Position numbers and translations under genes: made by a program. From Candidatus Thorarchaeota archaeon (lineage in GTDB: Archaea; Asgardarchaeota; Thorarchaeia; Thorarchaeales; Thorarchaeaceae): a DNA stretch of 64,000 bases. Under the pieces are notes generated by a model. That model saw nothing but the letters and a program-made list of their open reading frames with translations, was not told the origin of the DNA and made no database searches. Shown here piece after piece: positions 28,722 to 38,715 of this stretch; position 1 is the stretch's first letter, and each line of letters starts with the position of its first letter. The stretch lies in NCBI GenBank assembly GCA_046482545.1, contig JAWOEX010000010.1:173886-237885 (forward strand), in the 5' to 3' direction.

Positions 28722-30326
28722 TTGGTGTCCAAGACGAAAAATGCCCTAGTAGTTTTCGAACCAACAGGCCTACGAATCTCCAGTCCAGAAGAGGCTAGCA
28801 TACTTCAGGCAGCCCGGTCAGGAGGACTTCATATTCCTTCTGAATGTGGGGGAAAAGGCACATGCGGCAGCTGCAAAGTGATAATGCACCCGGTTCCCAG
28901 TCCAAAACCAAGTGACCTTCAATGCTTGAGCAAAGAAGAAATCGTACAAGGGTATCGTCTCGCCTGTCAGCACAACCCGGTTAACGGTATGAGAGTGGTT
29001 ATTCCACAAACTGTAACTGAAGCGAAAATCCTGACGGATACCAAGCCCAGTTCCAGAGAAATAACACCCGACCCAAATCTCGAAGGGAAGGTAGGATTCG
29101 CTGTTGATATAGGGACAACTACGATAGTTGTGTATATGATGGACCTTGGGAATGGGGCCCAGATAGCACAAGCTGCAGCCCTCAATCCCCAAATCGCATT
29201 TGGCGAAGACGTAATGTCGCGTATAACCTATGCTATGGAAAATGAAGAAGGTCTAGCAACACTGAGAGAGAAGGTAGTTACTCGCGTGGAAAAACTGATC
29301 TCTGAGCTGTGCGAAGCACAATCTGTTGAGAGCGCGAAAGTACTCAGATATTCAATAGTTGGCAATACAGCTATGCATCATCTGTTCCTAGGGCTTGAAG
29401 TATCAAATCTTGGTCTATCTCCATATCGCCCCACAATCAGCAAAGCACTCACCAAGACTGCTCAGGATGTTGGACTAACCTCAACAGGTCAAGCAGAAGT
29501 GTACTTGGCTCCTAATCTGGCTGGATTTGTTGGAGGTGACACGGTTGGTTTTATTTTATCTCAGGAGCTATACCAAAGCGATACGGTCAGTCTTGGCATA
29601 GATGTCGGCACCAACGGTGAAATTGTCATATCAAAGAAAGGACAGATCTTCTGCTGTTCTGCTGCGGCAGGGTCAGCCTTCGAAGGTGCGACTATTCGCT
29701 ATGGCATGAGAGGGCAGAAAGGAGCAATAGAGTATGTTTCCATAACATCTCCGAATGAACCGCCAGAGCTGACGGTGATAGGTGATACAACGCCAAAAGG
29801 AATTTGTGGATCGGCTATAGTAGATATCGTTGTCGAGCTAAAGGAAAATGGGCTTTTGGATTCGGGTGGACGGTTAATGAGTGGGAATCGAATAGAAGAA
29901 CATGAAGATATCGGAAGGCTGTATGTGGTTGTAGAAGAGGGGGAATTGGGCGCTACTCGAAGAATTGTATTCACTCAGAAGGATGTCCGGCAGGTTCAGC
30001 TCGCCAAGGCTGCAATCAGGGCAGGTACCCAGATTCTCATGCAAGAAGCAGAAATTGAGATAGAGGAGTTGTCGGTGCTTTACCTCGCAGGCGCGTTTGG
30101 AAACTACATCCGTCCGTCAAGCGCACTGAAACTGGGACTTCTTCCACCTGTGGGTAAATCAAGGGTGGTACCAGTAGGTAATGCCGCAGGGGATGGGGCA
30201 AAACGATTGCTCCTTTCCAAAGATGAGAGAAGAAAGGCAGAGCGATTTGCGCAGCGAGTAAAATATATCGAGCTAGCAAAGCATCAAGATTTTACCGAGA
30301 ATTTCACTAGTGCCATCTCACTTTAG
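28722..30326 (+). CDS. ASKHA/DUF4445 corrinoid reductive activator (RACo-like) with 2Fe-2S domain
   Basis: CGGKGTCGSC...RLAC; VDIGTTT; IDVGTNGE; GICGS; LAGAFG. Confidence 0.93.
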   Translation: MVSKTKNALVVFEPTGLRISSPEEASILQAARSGGLHIPSECGGKGTCGSCKVIMHPVPSPKPSDLQCLSKEEIVQGYRLACQHNPVNGMRVVIPQTVTEAKILTDTKPSSREITPDPNLEGKVGFAVDIGTTTIVVYMMDLGNGAQIAQAAALNPQIAFGEDVMSRITYAMENEEGLATLREKVVTRVEKLISELCEAQSVESAKVLRYSIVGNTAMHHLFLGLEVSNLGLSPYRPTISKALTKTAQDVGLTSTGQAEVYLAPNLAGFVGGDTVGFILSQELYQSDTVSLGIDVGTNGEIVISKKGQIFCCSAAAGSAFEGATIRYGMRGQKGAIEYVSITSPNEPPELTVIGDTTPKGICGSAIVDIVVELKENGLLDSGGRLMSGNRIEEHEDIGRLYVVVEEGELGATRRIVFTQKDVRQVQLAKAAIRAGTQILMQEAEIEIEELSVLYLAGAFGNYIRPSSALKLGLLPPVGKSRVVPVGNAAGDGAKRLLLSKDERRKAERFAQRVKYIELAKHQDFTENFTSAISL

Positions 30327-30409
30327 TATAGGTGACAAAGATATTGTGAGAGAAGCACACCATTTATCGATTGCACTGAATCTAGTAGGGAGGGACACTT
30401 GCAAACCAT

Positions 30410-31081
30410 TCAATCGGTATTGAACTCTTCCAGTATCTGAACCACTTCTTCATCGGTCAAATCATGCCAATCTCTATATGCGTTAGCGACAGCAAATACA
30501 AATCCTGTCTCGATTCTCGGACAAATAAACTCATCAACAACTGACTCCACGCGGTTCGCAGCACTATCTGATGCAGTAGGGACCAAGACAGTAATAGACT
30601 CAGGATGTTGCTCTCGAACCGAGCGGACAGCTGCAAGCATGGTATATCCTGAAGCTAGACCATCATCAACCAGTACAACATGAAGGGTTTCGGGATCAAT
30701 ATCCTTGAGATACTGAGCGTAAGTGTTGCGCCGCCGCTCAATCTGTTGTTCTGTTCTCTCCTTAGCGTGTTCTATTTTCTCGTCAGAAAGGTTTAGTCTC
30801 GCCAACAACTGATTATTGAGAATCATGGTTCCAAAAGAGGTTAGTGCTCCAAATCCAGCTTCGGGGTTGTATGGAATCTGCATTTTTCTGACTATGATGA
30901 GACTCAACGACGCACCTGTCTCCTGTGCGATTGGGGCAGCAACCGCAATCCCTCCGTTGGGAATGGCTAGTATCACACTTGCTTCGTCAATTCCCGCTTC
31001 AACTGCCTTTTCCGCGAGTACCTCGCCCGCATCTTTTCTGTTCACATAGTCCCAGCTCATATGGGAATACCGCTTGGACAA
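30410..31081 (-). CDS. Phosphoribosyltransferase family protein
   Basis: VLVDDGLASGYT PRPP motif; RKDAG..LA. Confidence 0.9.
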   Translation of the reverse strand: MSKRYSHMSWDYVNRKDAGEVLAEKAVEAGIDEASVILAIPNGGIAVAAPIAQETGASLSLIIVRKMQIPYNPEAGFGALTSFGTMILNNQLLARLNLSDEKIEHAKERTEQQIERRRNTYAQYLKDIDPETLHVVLVDDGLASGYTMLAAVRSVREQHPESITVLVPTASDSAANRVESVVDEFICPRIETGFVFAVANAYRDWHDLTDEEVVQILEEFNTD

Positions 31082-31120
31082 TGATGAATTCCATCTTATG
31101 GTTTCTGGGGTAGCGAGTTT

Positions 31121-32197
31121 TCACAGTCCGTGAATTGGATAAATCAAGTCCTTTAGTCGAGAGACACGTTGTTTGACAATGTCCCAGGTCTCTTTGTTGT
31201 CTTCAAAGGGCGCCTGTTGTGAGGGAGGAGTATACGAATGACCAGAAAGCTCGGAAAAGACGACGCCTAAACCCCATCGATAAGCGTCAGGATCATAGCC
31301 TCCTGCACCTAGAGCAACAAGATTTCCATCAGCGAAATTATGCGCTGTCTTGTGGAGATAGCCTGCAATATGCTCCACAGGTCGTGTCGTGAGAACCATG
31401 TGGGTCAATGGATCCAAATAATGGTTATCAAATCCAGGTAAGTAGAGTATCGCCTGTGGATTGAATGCCCCAATCAATGCAGGCACCAAGTTCTCGAAAG
31501 CATAGAGGTACACTTCATCGCCAGAATCCATCGGGAAAGGCATATTGATATTGTAGCCCTTCCCCTCCCCTCGGCCGATGTCTTTGATGTAACCATCGTG
31601 GGGGTACATCCACTCTGGATCTTCATGAAATGAAATTTGCATCACTGATGGATCATCATAGAAATATTCCTGTGTGCCATTGCCATGATGAGCGTCAAAA
31701 TCGGCAATCAGAATCCTCTCCTTTCCTGAATTCTTGAGAACCTGCACAGCAGCAGCAACATCATTGAAAATGCAGAATCCACCACCCTTGTGGTACTTGG
31801 CATGATGAAATCCTCCTGTAGGCGAGATGCAATGGGTGAAATCTCCTTCGACAACTGCATCTACTGCCAGTACGGTTGCACCACACTGAATGCGCGCATT
31901 ATCGTAAATCCCCTTGAAACCAGGTGTATCTATATCGATGTCCCCCTCACCGGTTTCCGATACCTCTTGCACGAATGAAATATACTCTTGCGAATGGATT
32001 CTAGCAAGCAATTCTTCAGAGATGGGGTCTGGGTTCAGCAGGGCAATTTGAGGGGCATCTAAGAATCCTTGTTTCAGAAGGAAATCATGTGCTTCAAAGA
32101 ATCGACCTTTGCGCAATGGATGCTTCCGCCCGTAATCGAATTCCTCGAAAAGTGGGCTCCACATGAAGCCTACTTTGCACGAGGGGGAAGATGACAT
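31121..32197 (-). CDS. Histone deacetylase/AcuC family
   Basis: GGFHHA, GFCIFND, DFDAHHGNGTQ, GAGGY. Confidence 0.95.
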   Translation of the reverse strand: MSSSPSCKVGFMWSPLFEEFDYGRKHPLRKGRFFEAHDFLLKQGFLDAPQIALLNPDPISEELLARIHSQEYISFVQEVSETGEGDIDIDTPGFKGIYDNARIQCGATVLAVDAVVEGDFTHCISPTGGFHHAKYHKGGGFCIFNDVAAAVQVLKNSGKERILIADFDAHHGNGTQEYFYDDPSVMQISFHEDPEWMYPHDGYIKDIGRGEGKGYNINMPFPMDSGDEVYLYAFENLVPALIGAFNPQAILYLPGFDNHYLDPLTHMVLTTRPVEHIAGYLHKTAHNFADGNLVALGAGGYDPDAYRWGLGVVFSELSGHSYTPPSQQAPFEDNKETWDIVKQRVSRLKDLIYPIHGL

Positions 32198-32340
32198 GGT
32201 AATCTGTATTAGTGGAAGTGACGGTCCACTTAAAGTGCCATCATCGAGGAAAAAACAAGTTAATCATAAGCGAACTCACATTAAGCCTCGCTACATAGTG
32301 AATTCAAGGATCGCCACCATTTAGCAAGACCCAAAGAGAG

Positions 32341-33147
32341 GTGCTATTGATGAAGGAGAAAACTCAAGCGAAGTTCAACCAAGTTCGGGGCATACTACGT
32401 GATAGGAACGTGCTTGTAGCCGTAAGTGGTGGTGTTGATAGCTCTGTACTTGCAGCTCTTGCTGTTGATAGTGCAAAGAAGGTGGTCCTTCTTACGATTG
32501 ACAGCAGCATAGTGACTTCTACAGATCGGAAAGGACTCGACGATCTTGCTGAGAAGTTTGATGTGGAACCGGTTGTCGTTGAATTCGACTGGATTGGACA
32601 TGACAAGCTTGCTAAGAACCCGCCTGAACGTTGCTACAACTGTAAGAAGGAACTTGCAGCCCTCTGGAAGAAGGAAGCAGAAAGGAGGGGACTTGACATG
32701 GTTGTAGAAGGAACCAATGCCTCCGATTTGGGTAAAGACAGGCCTGGCATCAAAGCCCTGAAAGAACTGGGCATAAGGTCGCCCCTTGCGGAAGCGGGGA
32801 TTACAAAGCGTGAAATCAGGGAGTATGCAGCTGAACGTGACCTTCCGAGTGCGCATATCCCCTCCAGCACGTGCTTAGCGACTCGCTTCCAGTCAGGTAC
32901 ACAAATAACTGAGGAAAGGCTAGACAAAATCGCAGCCGCAGAGGAAATCGTGAGAAGCCTATTTGGTATTCAGTGTGTTAGGGCGCGGTATCATGGAAAT
33001 TTAGTCAGGGTTGAGGTTGGCAATGATGAAAGAAAAAATCTCTTCGATTTACAGAAGCTGGACAATCTCCACAGAGAACTGAAGGATCTTGGTTTTGACT
33101 ATGTTACAATAGATGTGTACGGCTACCAATCCGGTTCAATGGGGTAA
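32341..33147 (+). CDS. larE: ATP-dependent sacrificial sulfur transferase LarE
   Basis: SGGVDSS, RCYNCK, EGTNASD, RPG, CLATR. Confidence 0.92.
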   Translation: MLLMKEKTQAKFNQVRGILRDRNVLVAVSGGVDSSVLAALAVDSAKKVVLLTIDSSIVTSTDRKGLDDLAEKFDVEPVVVEFDWIGHDKLAKNPPERCYNCKKELAALWKKEAERRGLDMVVEGTNASDLGKDRPGIKALKELGIRSPLAEAGITKREIREYAAERDLPSAHIPSSTCLATRFQSGTQITEERLDKIAAAEEIVRSLFGIQCVRARYHGNLVRVEVGNDERKNLFDLQKLDNLHRELKDLGFDYVTIDVYGYQSGSMG

Positions 33148-33199
33148 TACAGATACTGAATGTTGGGTGGAGACGCCCATAGAACGCTCTCTTCCGAAA

Positions 33200-33346
33200 C
33201 TACTTCTCTTCTGTCCACCTTCGTACCAAGCGGTATAGATGGGTTGTCTGCTCTTCTGTGAGATCCTTCAGTCTTGCATTGATGAATTTGCGCATCATCT
33301 TAAGGCTTACAAATCGCTCTGCTAGTTCCTTAGCCTTATTCGGCAT
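33200..33346 (-). CDS. Small basic hypothetical protein (~48 aa)
   Basis: MPNKAKELAERF... preceded by AGGAG. Confidence 0.45.
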   Translation of the reverse strand: MPNKAKELAERFVSLKMMRKFINARLKDLTEEQTTHLYRLVRRWTEEK

Positions 33347-33402
33347 TGGTCTTCTCTGTCTCCTAAAGCCTGCTTTGGTGTTGTAAGAGCGCAGATAAAG
33401 AT

Positions 33403-34587
33403 TCACTCTATGCAAATGAGCTCCTCTTGCGGCATTGATAGGAATTCACACCCATCATCAGTCACCACAACATCTTCTTCTAGACTCAGCTGGCCGTAAT
33501 CTTCTGTTCTAACATATAACTCAAGGGTGAACACATTGCCCACCTCCACTTCCCCTTTTGGACTATCTCCATAGCGATCCCATAGTGGCCCAAGAAGGAT
33601 TCCTCCATCATGAGCTGCCCGACCAACCTGGTGGCCTAGTGCATGTTGATATTCCTCGTAACCTCTCTCCTTGACATAGTCGCGAGCAATGGTATCGACT
33701 TCGTGCCCCTTCACGCCTGGTTTCAAATGCTGTGAAGATTTCTGTATAGCCCCATAGACTGTATCAAACGCATCCTGAATCTGTTCAGGAATTTCAGTTG
33801 GCGAGCCAAAGTAGAACATCCGTTGTATATCAGAACAGTATCCCTCTTTCTTAACGCCAAAATCGAAATGGAGCAAATGGCCGGATTTAGTCTTATTCTC
33901 TGTCGGACCCGAATGCCCAAATTCCTTGTTCGGACCAGCATCAACAGCCGGATTATGCTCTGGGTCCCAAGCATCCCCCACATTATAGTCAGACATTCTC
34001 TGTTTGAAAAATTCGTAGATTTCTATCTCGGAGAGTCCAGGCCTAACGAAGGCCTCGGCATCGTTGTAGATGGTTTCTGTGATGCGGACTGCATTTCTAA
34101 TCCTCTCAATCTCCGATGATGTTTTCCTCCCTCTCAAACTGCCTATTACATGCTCCGCACTCACTAACCTGTCTTGATAGGGAGTGCCTTCCAGATACTC
34201 CTGCAATAGGAGATGCATACCTACTGTCAATCCATCTGCGGCCACATCATTTTTGCTGAAGTTTATTGCAATCTTGTTCGGATTAATCTTCTCAAGAACA
34301 GTGATGAGTTGGTCTCTGATTCCCTCCGTGTAAGGAACAACTTCATCGAAAATTCCTGCTTGCTCAATTCCGTCTGCGTCAAAATTGCCAACAATCGCGG
34401 TCCTTATTCCGTCTTTTGAATAGACTAACGCAGATTGCCAGACTAGGTCTCTGCCCAAGATGATCGGAAGCACAGGATCTGCCATTTGAGAGGTCTCGCG
34501 CACCCAAATCAACCATGCATCCAAATCAAATTCGTCAAGTATTTCACATGCTTGGGCGCTCTTCTCCAATTCCAAGTTCTTACTCAA
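33403..34587 (-). CDS. M24 Xaa-Pro aminopeptidase
   Basis: DFG...YCSDIQR, HALGHQVG..HD, TLE, EEDV. Confidence 0.93.
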   Translation of the reverse strand: MSKNLELEKSAQACEILDEFDLDAWLIWVRETSQMADPVLPIILGRDLVWQSALVYSKDGIRTAIVGNFDADGIEQAGIFDEVVPYTEGIRDQLITVLEKINPNKIAINFSKNDVAADGLTVGMHLLLQEYLEGTPYQDRLVSAEHVIGSLRGRKTSSEIERIRNAVRITETIYNDAEAFVRPGLSEIEIYEFFKQRMSDYNVGDAWDPEHNPAVDAGPNKEFGHSGPTENKTKSGHLLHFDFGVKKEGYCSDIQRMFYFGSPTEIPEQIQDAFDTVYGAIQKSSQHLKPGVKGHEVDTIARDYVKERGYEEYQHALGHQVGRAAHDGGILLGPLWDRYGDSPKGEVEVGNVFTLELYVRTEDYGQLSLEEDVVVTDDGCEFLSMPQEELICIE

Positions 34588-34699
34588 GGGACATCCTCCA
34601 GACTCTGGAAGACAGAGGGTAGGTTATAATCTGAACGGAATGAAGGGGAAGTCTTATTCGATGCTTAACTTTGTTCTAGTTCGAGTAAGGGTATGCGAA

Positions 34700-35110
34700 A
34701 TGTTCACCATGGAAATTGGGGAAGTACAGCCCAGTCAGCTATACATAAGCCAGAAGAAACTCGACTTGGTGCAAAAGCATTTCGGGAAAGGAAATCAATC
34801 AGAACTTGAGCCTATACCCGTGAAAAGGCTTGATGACGACATAGTTGCCACAGATGGGCATACACGAGGGCTCGCCTGGTTCCTGAACGGTCACTTGGAT
34901 CTACCGTTGATTTGGGAAGATGAGGAATTGGATTGGGAAGCTTACAGGATCTGTGTTCAATGGTGTAAGGATGAAGGAATATCGTCTATGGCGGACCTAA
35001 AGACGCGGATTGTTCCACACGACGAATATGAGGAAATATGGCTAGACAGATGCAGGGTGATGCAGGGTGAACTAGCTGAGAAGCGCAGCGAAAGGAAGCA
35101 ACCTGAATGA
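34700..35110 (+). CDS. ParB-N/Srx-like small protein
   Basis: QPSQLYIS, PIPV, TDGHTR. Confidence 0.7.
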   Translation: MFTMEIGEVQPSQLYISQKKLDLVQKHFGKGNQSELEPIPVKRLDDDIVATDGHTRGLAWFLNGHLDLPLIWEDEELDWEAYRICVQWCKDEGISSMADLKTRIVPHDEYEEIWLDRCRVMQGELAEKRSERKQPE

Positions 35111-35159
35111 TTCTGTTGAAATGGTATAAAAGCCGTCTCAGTCCATACTTCTTGGGAAA

Positions 35160-36119
35160 CTAATAGTAGGGAGACTTGTAGAGCAGATATCTCCGTACTA
35201 GCGGACGGAAGAGTCTGACCAGCATCCTCTTTTTACCCATCTCGTCCTTGAAATCCTCCAAGAATTTCTCAAAAGACCTAGTTTGATATCCTAAGAGCTC
35301 CTGAGCCTCTTTGCTATCCATCCAATCAGTATGAAAATAATCCTCTTCAGTTTCAGGAGTGATAAACGCCTCATCGGGCAGCATACCAATACCCAGCGCA
35401 TCAAGCATTGACGCCAGAAAGTCTCTATAATACATTCGACAATCTTTTCCCCCACCAAGAAGCAATACTTTACCCACGGTATCAGCCGGAACGCCCTTTG
35501 CAAGAGCTAGGCCGATATCCTTGGTGTGCACGAACTCTATCCGCTGATCGAGAGGTATCTCGAACATAATCGAATCAATGTCCATGCTAAGTCGAAGCGG
35601 CGTTACGACTCCGAACCGCATGATTGTCCACGGAAGTCCACTTTCCTTCACGATGTGTTCGCTCTCAATCTTGTGTGCAGTATACGCATCAGTTGCCACT
35701 TGTGGGTCACCAGCTTTTCTAGGCGGACCGTCTCCCGTACAATGGCCGTAGGTGGCAATTGAACTCGCGTATACGAATCGGGGATTCTTCTCGGATTGCA
35801 ATGCAGCATCAACAAGATTCTTCGTACCGCCGACATTGACTTCCTTGGCAAGCTGGGGATTTCTGTCTGCTTGAGGCGGAATGATTGCTGCTAGGTGAAT
35901 AACAGCATCCTTACCACCTAAAGCCTGCGACACCTCGGAATAATCCCTTATGTCTCCCCAAAAAATGTCAAACTCAAATTCCATGCAGAGTTTTTCAGCC
36001 CTTTGGCGGTTCCTCTTGTTTGGGAGATCAAAACAGCATATATCATGGCCATGATAGTGAAGAGACTCCAAAGTACTCTCACCAACGTTACCAAAGGCTC
36101 CAGTTAGCAGTACTTTCAT
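35160..36119 (-). CDS. NAD-dependent epimerase/dehydratase
   Basis: MKVLLTGAFGNVG, IHLAA, YTAHK. Confidence 0.9.
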   Translation of the reverse strand: MKVLLTGAFGNVGESTLESLHYHGHDICCFDLPNKRNRQRAEKLCMEFEFDIFWGDIRDYSEVSQALGGKDAVIHLAAIIPPQADRNPQLAKEVNVGGTKNLVDAALQSEKNPRFVYASSIATYGHCTGDGPPRKAGDPQVATDAYTAHKIESEHIVKESGLPWTIMRFGVVTPLRLSMDIDSIMFEIPLDQRIEFVHTKDIGLALAKGVPADTVGKVLLLGGGKDCRMYYRDFLASMLDALGIGMLPDEAFITPETEEDYFHTDWMDSKEAQELLGYQTRSFEKFLEDFKDEMGKKRMLVRLFRPLVRRYLLYKSPYY

Positions 36120-36291
36120 GACAGCATATATTCGCATGGATAGCAGATTAACCTTTGCAGTACCGAATAAAGCATACAAGTCAGGCAAATCAGAGGGCTA
36201 AGTGGCTATAGAGTCCTAGAAGGGTCGTTTTCGGAACTCTAACATCGGGAGATTTTATCCTAGAGAGAAGATACACTTGGTTTGATGTGTT

Positions 36292-36466
36292 ATGACAAAC
36301 TGCCATGAAATGTACAAGGGTCAGATACACGTCTGTAAGGAATTGTGGACTTGAACTCCAATTTGTTGCTGAGTGTGAATCTTGCGGCACAGACCCGAAT
36401 CAGTGTGCCTGCGATGAACCCCGTACCTTCTGCTGCTATAGCGAAGAACTTACCCTAAAAGATTAG
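36292..36466 (+). pseudogene. Small Cys-rich desulforedoxin-like protein with a 1-nt frameshift
   Basis: MTNCHEMYKGQIHVCKE / CGLELQFVAECESCGTDPNQCACDEPRTFCCYSEELTLKD*; one extra T in aaggaattgtgg. Confidence 0.6.
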
Positions 36467-36592
36467 GCTCATTAACTCCTATTCATTCCTCGCTTTCTTC
36501 TTCGTGTTGATAGTACATTCTGAAATCCGGTGCTTAGCTTGGTAATTGTTTCTTTACAAAAACTTAATAGGAACTCTTAACTATATTGAAGT

Positions 36593-37462
36593 ATGATTGA
36601 TAAGGAACCATACGGACATGGCGAGCTGAAGTGGGTATCAACAGATTGGCTGGAAGATCATATGGACGAAGTAAAAGTCGTCGATACACAGCCAGATGTG
36701 CATGATTATTTCACAGCACATATTCCTGGAGCTGTATATCTTGCAGGGAAGACTTTCAGAGCTCCGTTGAACGGATTACCAGCTCAATACGTAACTCCGC
36801 GACACATTGAAGGGTTGTTCGGAAGAATCGGACTCAGCGAGGACACACCCGTTGTTGTCTATACTGGTAAAGGAAGGCACAAGGGATGGGGTGATGGACT
36901 GGGACAGCCTATGATGGCCTACACTCTCTTGAGGCATGGTGCCAAGGAGGTGTATCTGCTTGATGGCGGTATCGACAAGTGGATAGATGAAGGAAAAGAG
37001 ATCAGCCAAGAATTCCCAGATGTAGTTGCTGATGTCTTCGAAGCAGAAGTCAACGAAGACGTATACATTACTCTTGATGAAGTCAAAGAACAGAAAGACA
37101 AAGACGACGTTATTCTCCTAGACGCTAGGCCGCCCAAATTCTATACGGGAGAAGAATCCCCCTGGATCAAAGACGGGCATATTCCAGGAGCTGTCAACCT
37201 TCCATGGTCAATGCTCATGACCGACGACAACAAGACCGAGCTCAAATCGTTAGAAGAGATAAAAAGTCTGGCAGAAGAAGTAGGAGCAACCAAAGATAAG
37301 CTAATCATCTGCAGCTGTGGAACAGGAAGAGAAGCAACAGCAGAGTATACAATCTTCAAACATCTATTGGGATATCCAAAGGTCAAACTCTTCGAGGGTA
37401 GTTTCACAGAATGGTCAGCTGATCCTAGCAGAGAGATTGTGAAAGGTAAAGACCCGTACTAA
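36593..37462 (+). CDS. Tandem-rhodanese sulfurtransferase (SseA/TST)
   Basis: HIPGA twice, LLDGG, CSCGTGREA, FEGSFTEWS. Confidence 0.93.
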   Translation: MIDKEPYGHGELKWVSTDWLEDHMDEVKVVDTQPDVHDYFTAHIPGAVYLAGKTFRAPLNGLPAQYVTPRHIEGLFGRIGLSEDTPVVVYTGKGRHKGWGDGLGQPMMAYTLLRHGAKEVYLLDGGIDKWIDEGKEISQEFPDVVADVFEAEVNEDVYITLDEVKEQKDKDDVILLDARPPKFYTGEESPWIKDGHIPGAVNLPWSMLMTDDNKTELKSLEEIKSLAEEVGATKDKLIICSCGTGREATAEYTIFKHLLGYPKVKLFEGSFTEWSADPSREIVKGKDPY

Positions 37463-37684
37463 TCAGACCAATTGACATTCAACCTTAACCAATCCCAAAC
37501 AATCTACAGCATACCCACAGAATAGTTTACAGGTGCGCCCAGACAGTAATTCAAGGGCGCACATACTTCTTTCTTTTCTTGTATTACTTGACAGGTCACT
37601 GGAGCCTATATGCAGGTACACCTACGTGAGTGATACACAAAATCAATAACACGGAAATTGTGGATTACCTTGACCACTGTGTGA

Positions 37685-38398
37685 TTGAGCATGGAAACAC
37701 AAACTAACAATGGTATTGGCACTCTATCAGAGACCACTCTCCATGCTCAGCTCAAGGAAATCTACGCCGGAAAAACAGGACAAATGGAAGTGCCTATAGA
37801 TGGATTTGTAGCAGATGTTTTGAAAGATGAGCGAATAGTTGAGATACAAACTGCTAATTTCTCGGGAATTCGGGATAAGCTTCGAAGACTCATAAGAAAC
37901 CACGAGGTTCTTCTTGTCTATCCAGTTGCGGCAGAAAAGTGGATCATAAAGGAGACGAACACATTCGGCGAAGAAATACAGAGGAGGAAATCACCCAAGC
38001 ACGGAGGATTTGAGCAGGTCTTCTATGAGCTTGTCAGTATGCCTCATCTGATAAACAGCAGCAACTTCTCGATTGAAGTTGTGTTGACCGAAGAGGAAGA
38101 TATCCGCAGGAAGAGTGATGATGCAAGCTGGAGAAGAAGAGGATGGAAGACAGTCAATCGCAAACTTCTAAGAATCATTGACAAGTCGTTATTCGAACAA
38201 CCAGGTGATTTTCTTGCTTTCTTACCCCCATCATTGGACACGCCATTTACAAACAAGGAACTTGCAACAGCCACGGGATATACCAAGAGATTAGCCCAGA
38301 AAGTTACTTACTGCCTCAGGAAAATGGGGGTTCTTGAAGTACCGAAGAAGAGAGGCAGAGCATACCTCCATGACATTCTAGAAGAGATCCGCCACTAG
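37685..38398 (+). CDS. Hypothetical PD-(D/E)XK-like nuclease with C-terminal HTH
   Basis: ETTLH, GFVADV, IVEIQT. Confidence 0.75.
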   Translation: MSMETQTNNGIGTLSETTLHAQLKEIYAGKTGQMEVPIDGFVADVLKDERIVEIQTANFSGIRDKLRRLIRNHEVLLVYPVAAEKWIIKETNTFGEEIQRRKSPKHGGFEQVFYELVSMPHLINSSNFSIEVVLTEEEDIRRKSDDASWRRRGWKTVNRKLLRIIDKSLFEQPGDFLAFLPPSLDTPFTNKELATATGYTKRLAQKVTYCLRKMGVLEVPKKRGRAYLHDILEEIRH

Positions 38399-38455
38399 GA
38401 AAACATCGGAACCGTCATATAGTCATCCTTTTTAGGGTGTTTTATATTAACTATA

Positions 38456-38710
38456 GTGAAATATATAATGAGCAATGCGCTGAAACCATCCAAAACCATT
38501 GATTGTGTAGGTCTCTACTGTCCTCAGCCGCTCTTCCAAACCCGTGAAGCCATGGATGAGTTAGAATCAGGGGAAATCCTCGAAGTTCTAGCAGATGATC
38601 CCGGTGCAGAAAGCGATCTGAACAGCTTTGCCAGACGGACCGGAAATCAAATTGTTCTAACGGAAAGATTAAGCGAGGGAGTAATGCGATTTCTCATAGA
38701 GAAAGAATAA
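38456..38710 (+). CDS. tusA: Sulfur carrier TusA
   Basis: IDCVGLYCPQP, LEVLADDP. Confidence 0.92.
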   Translation: MKYIMSNALKPSKTIDCVGLYCPQPLFQTREAMDELESGEILEVLADDPGAESDLNSFARRTGNQIVLTERLSEGVMRFLIEKE

Positions 38711-38715
38711 ACAAA

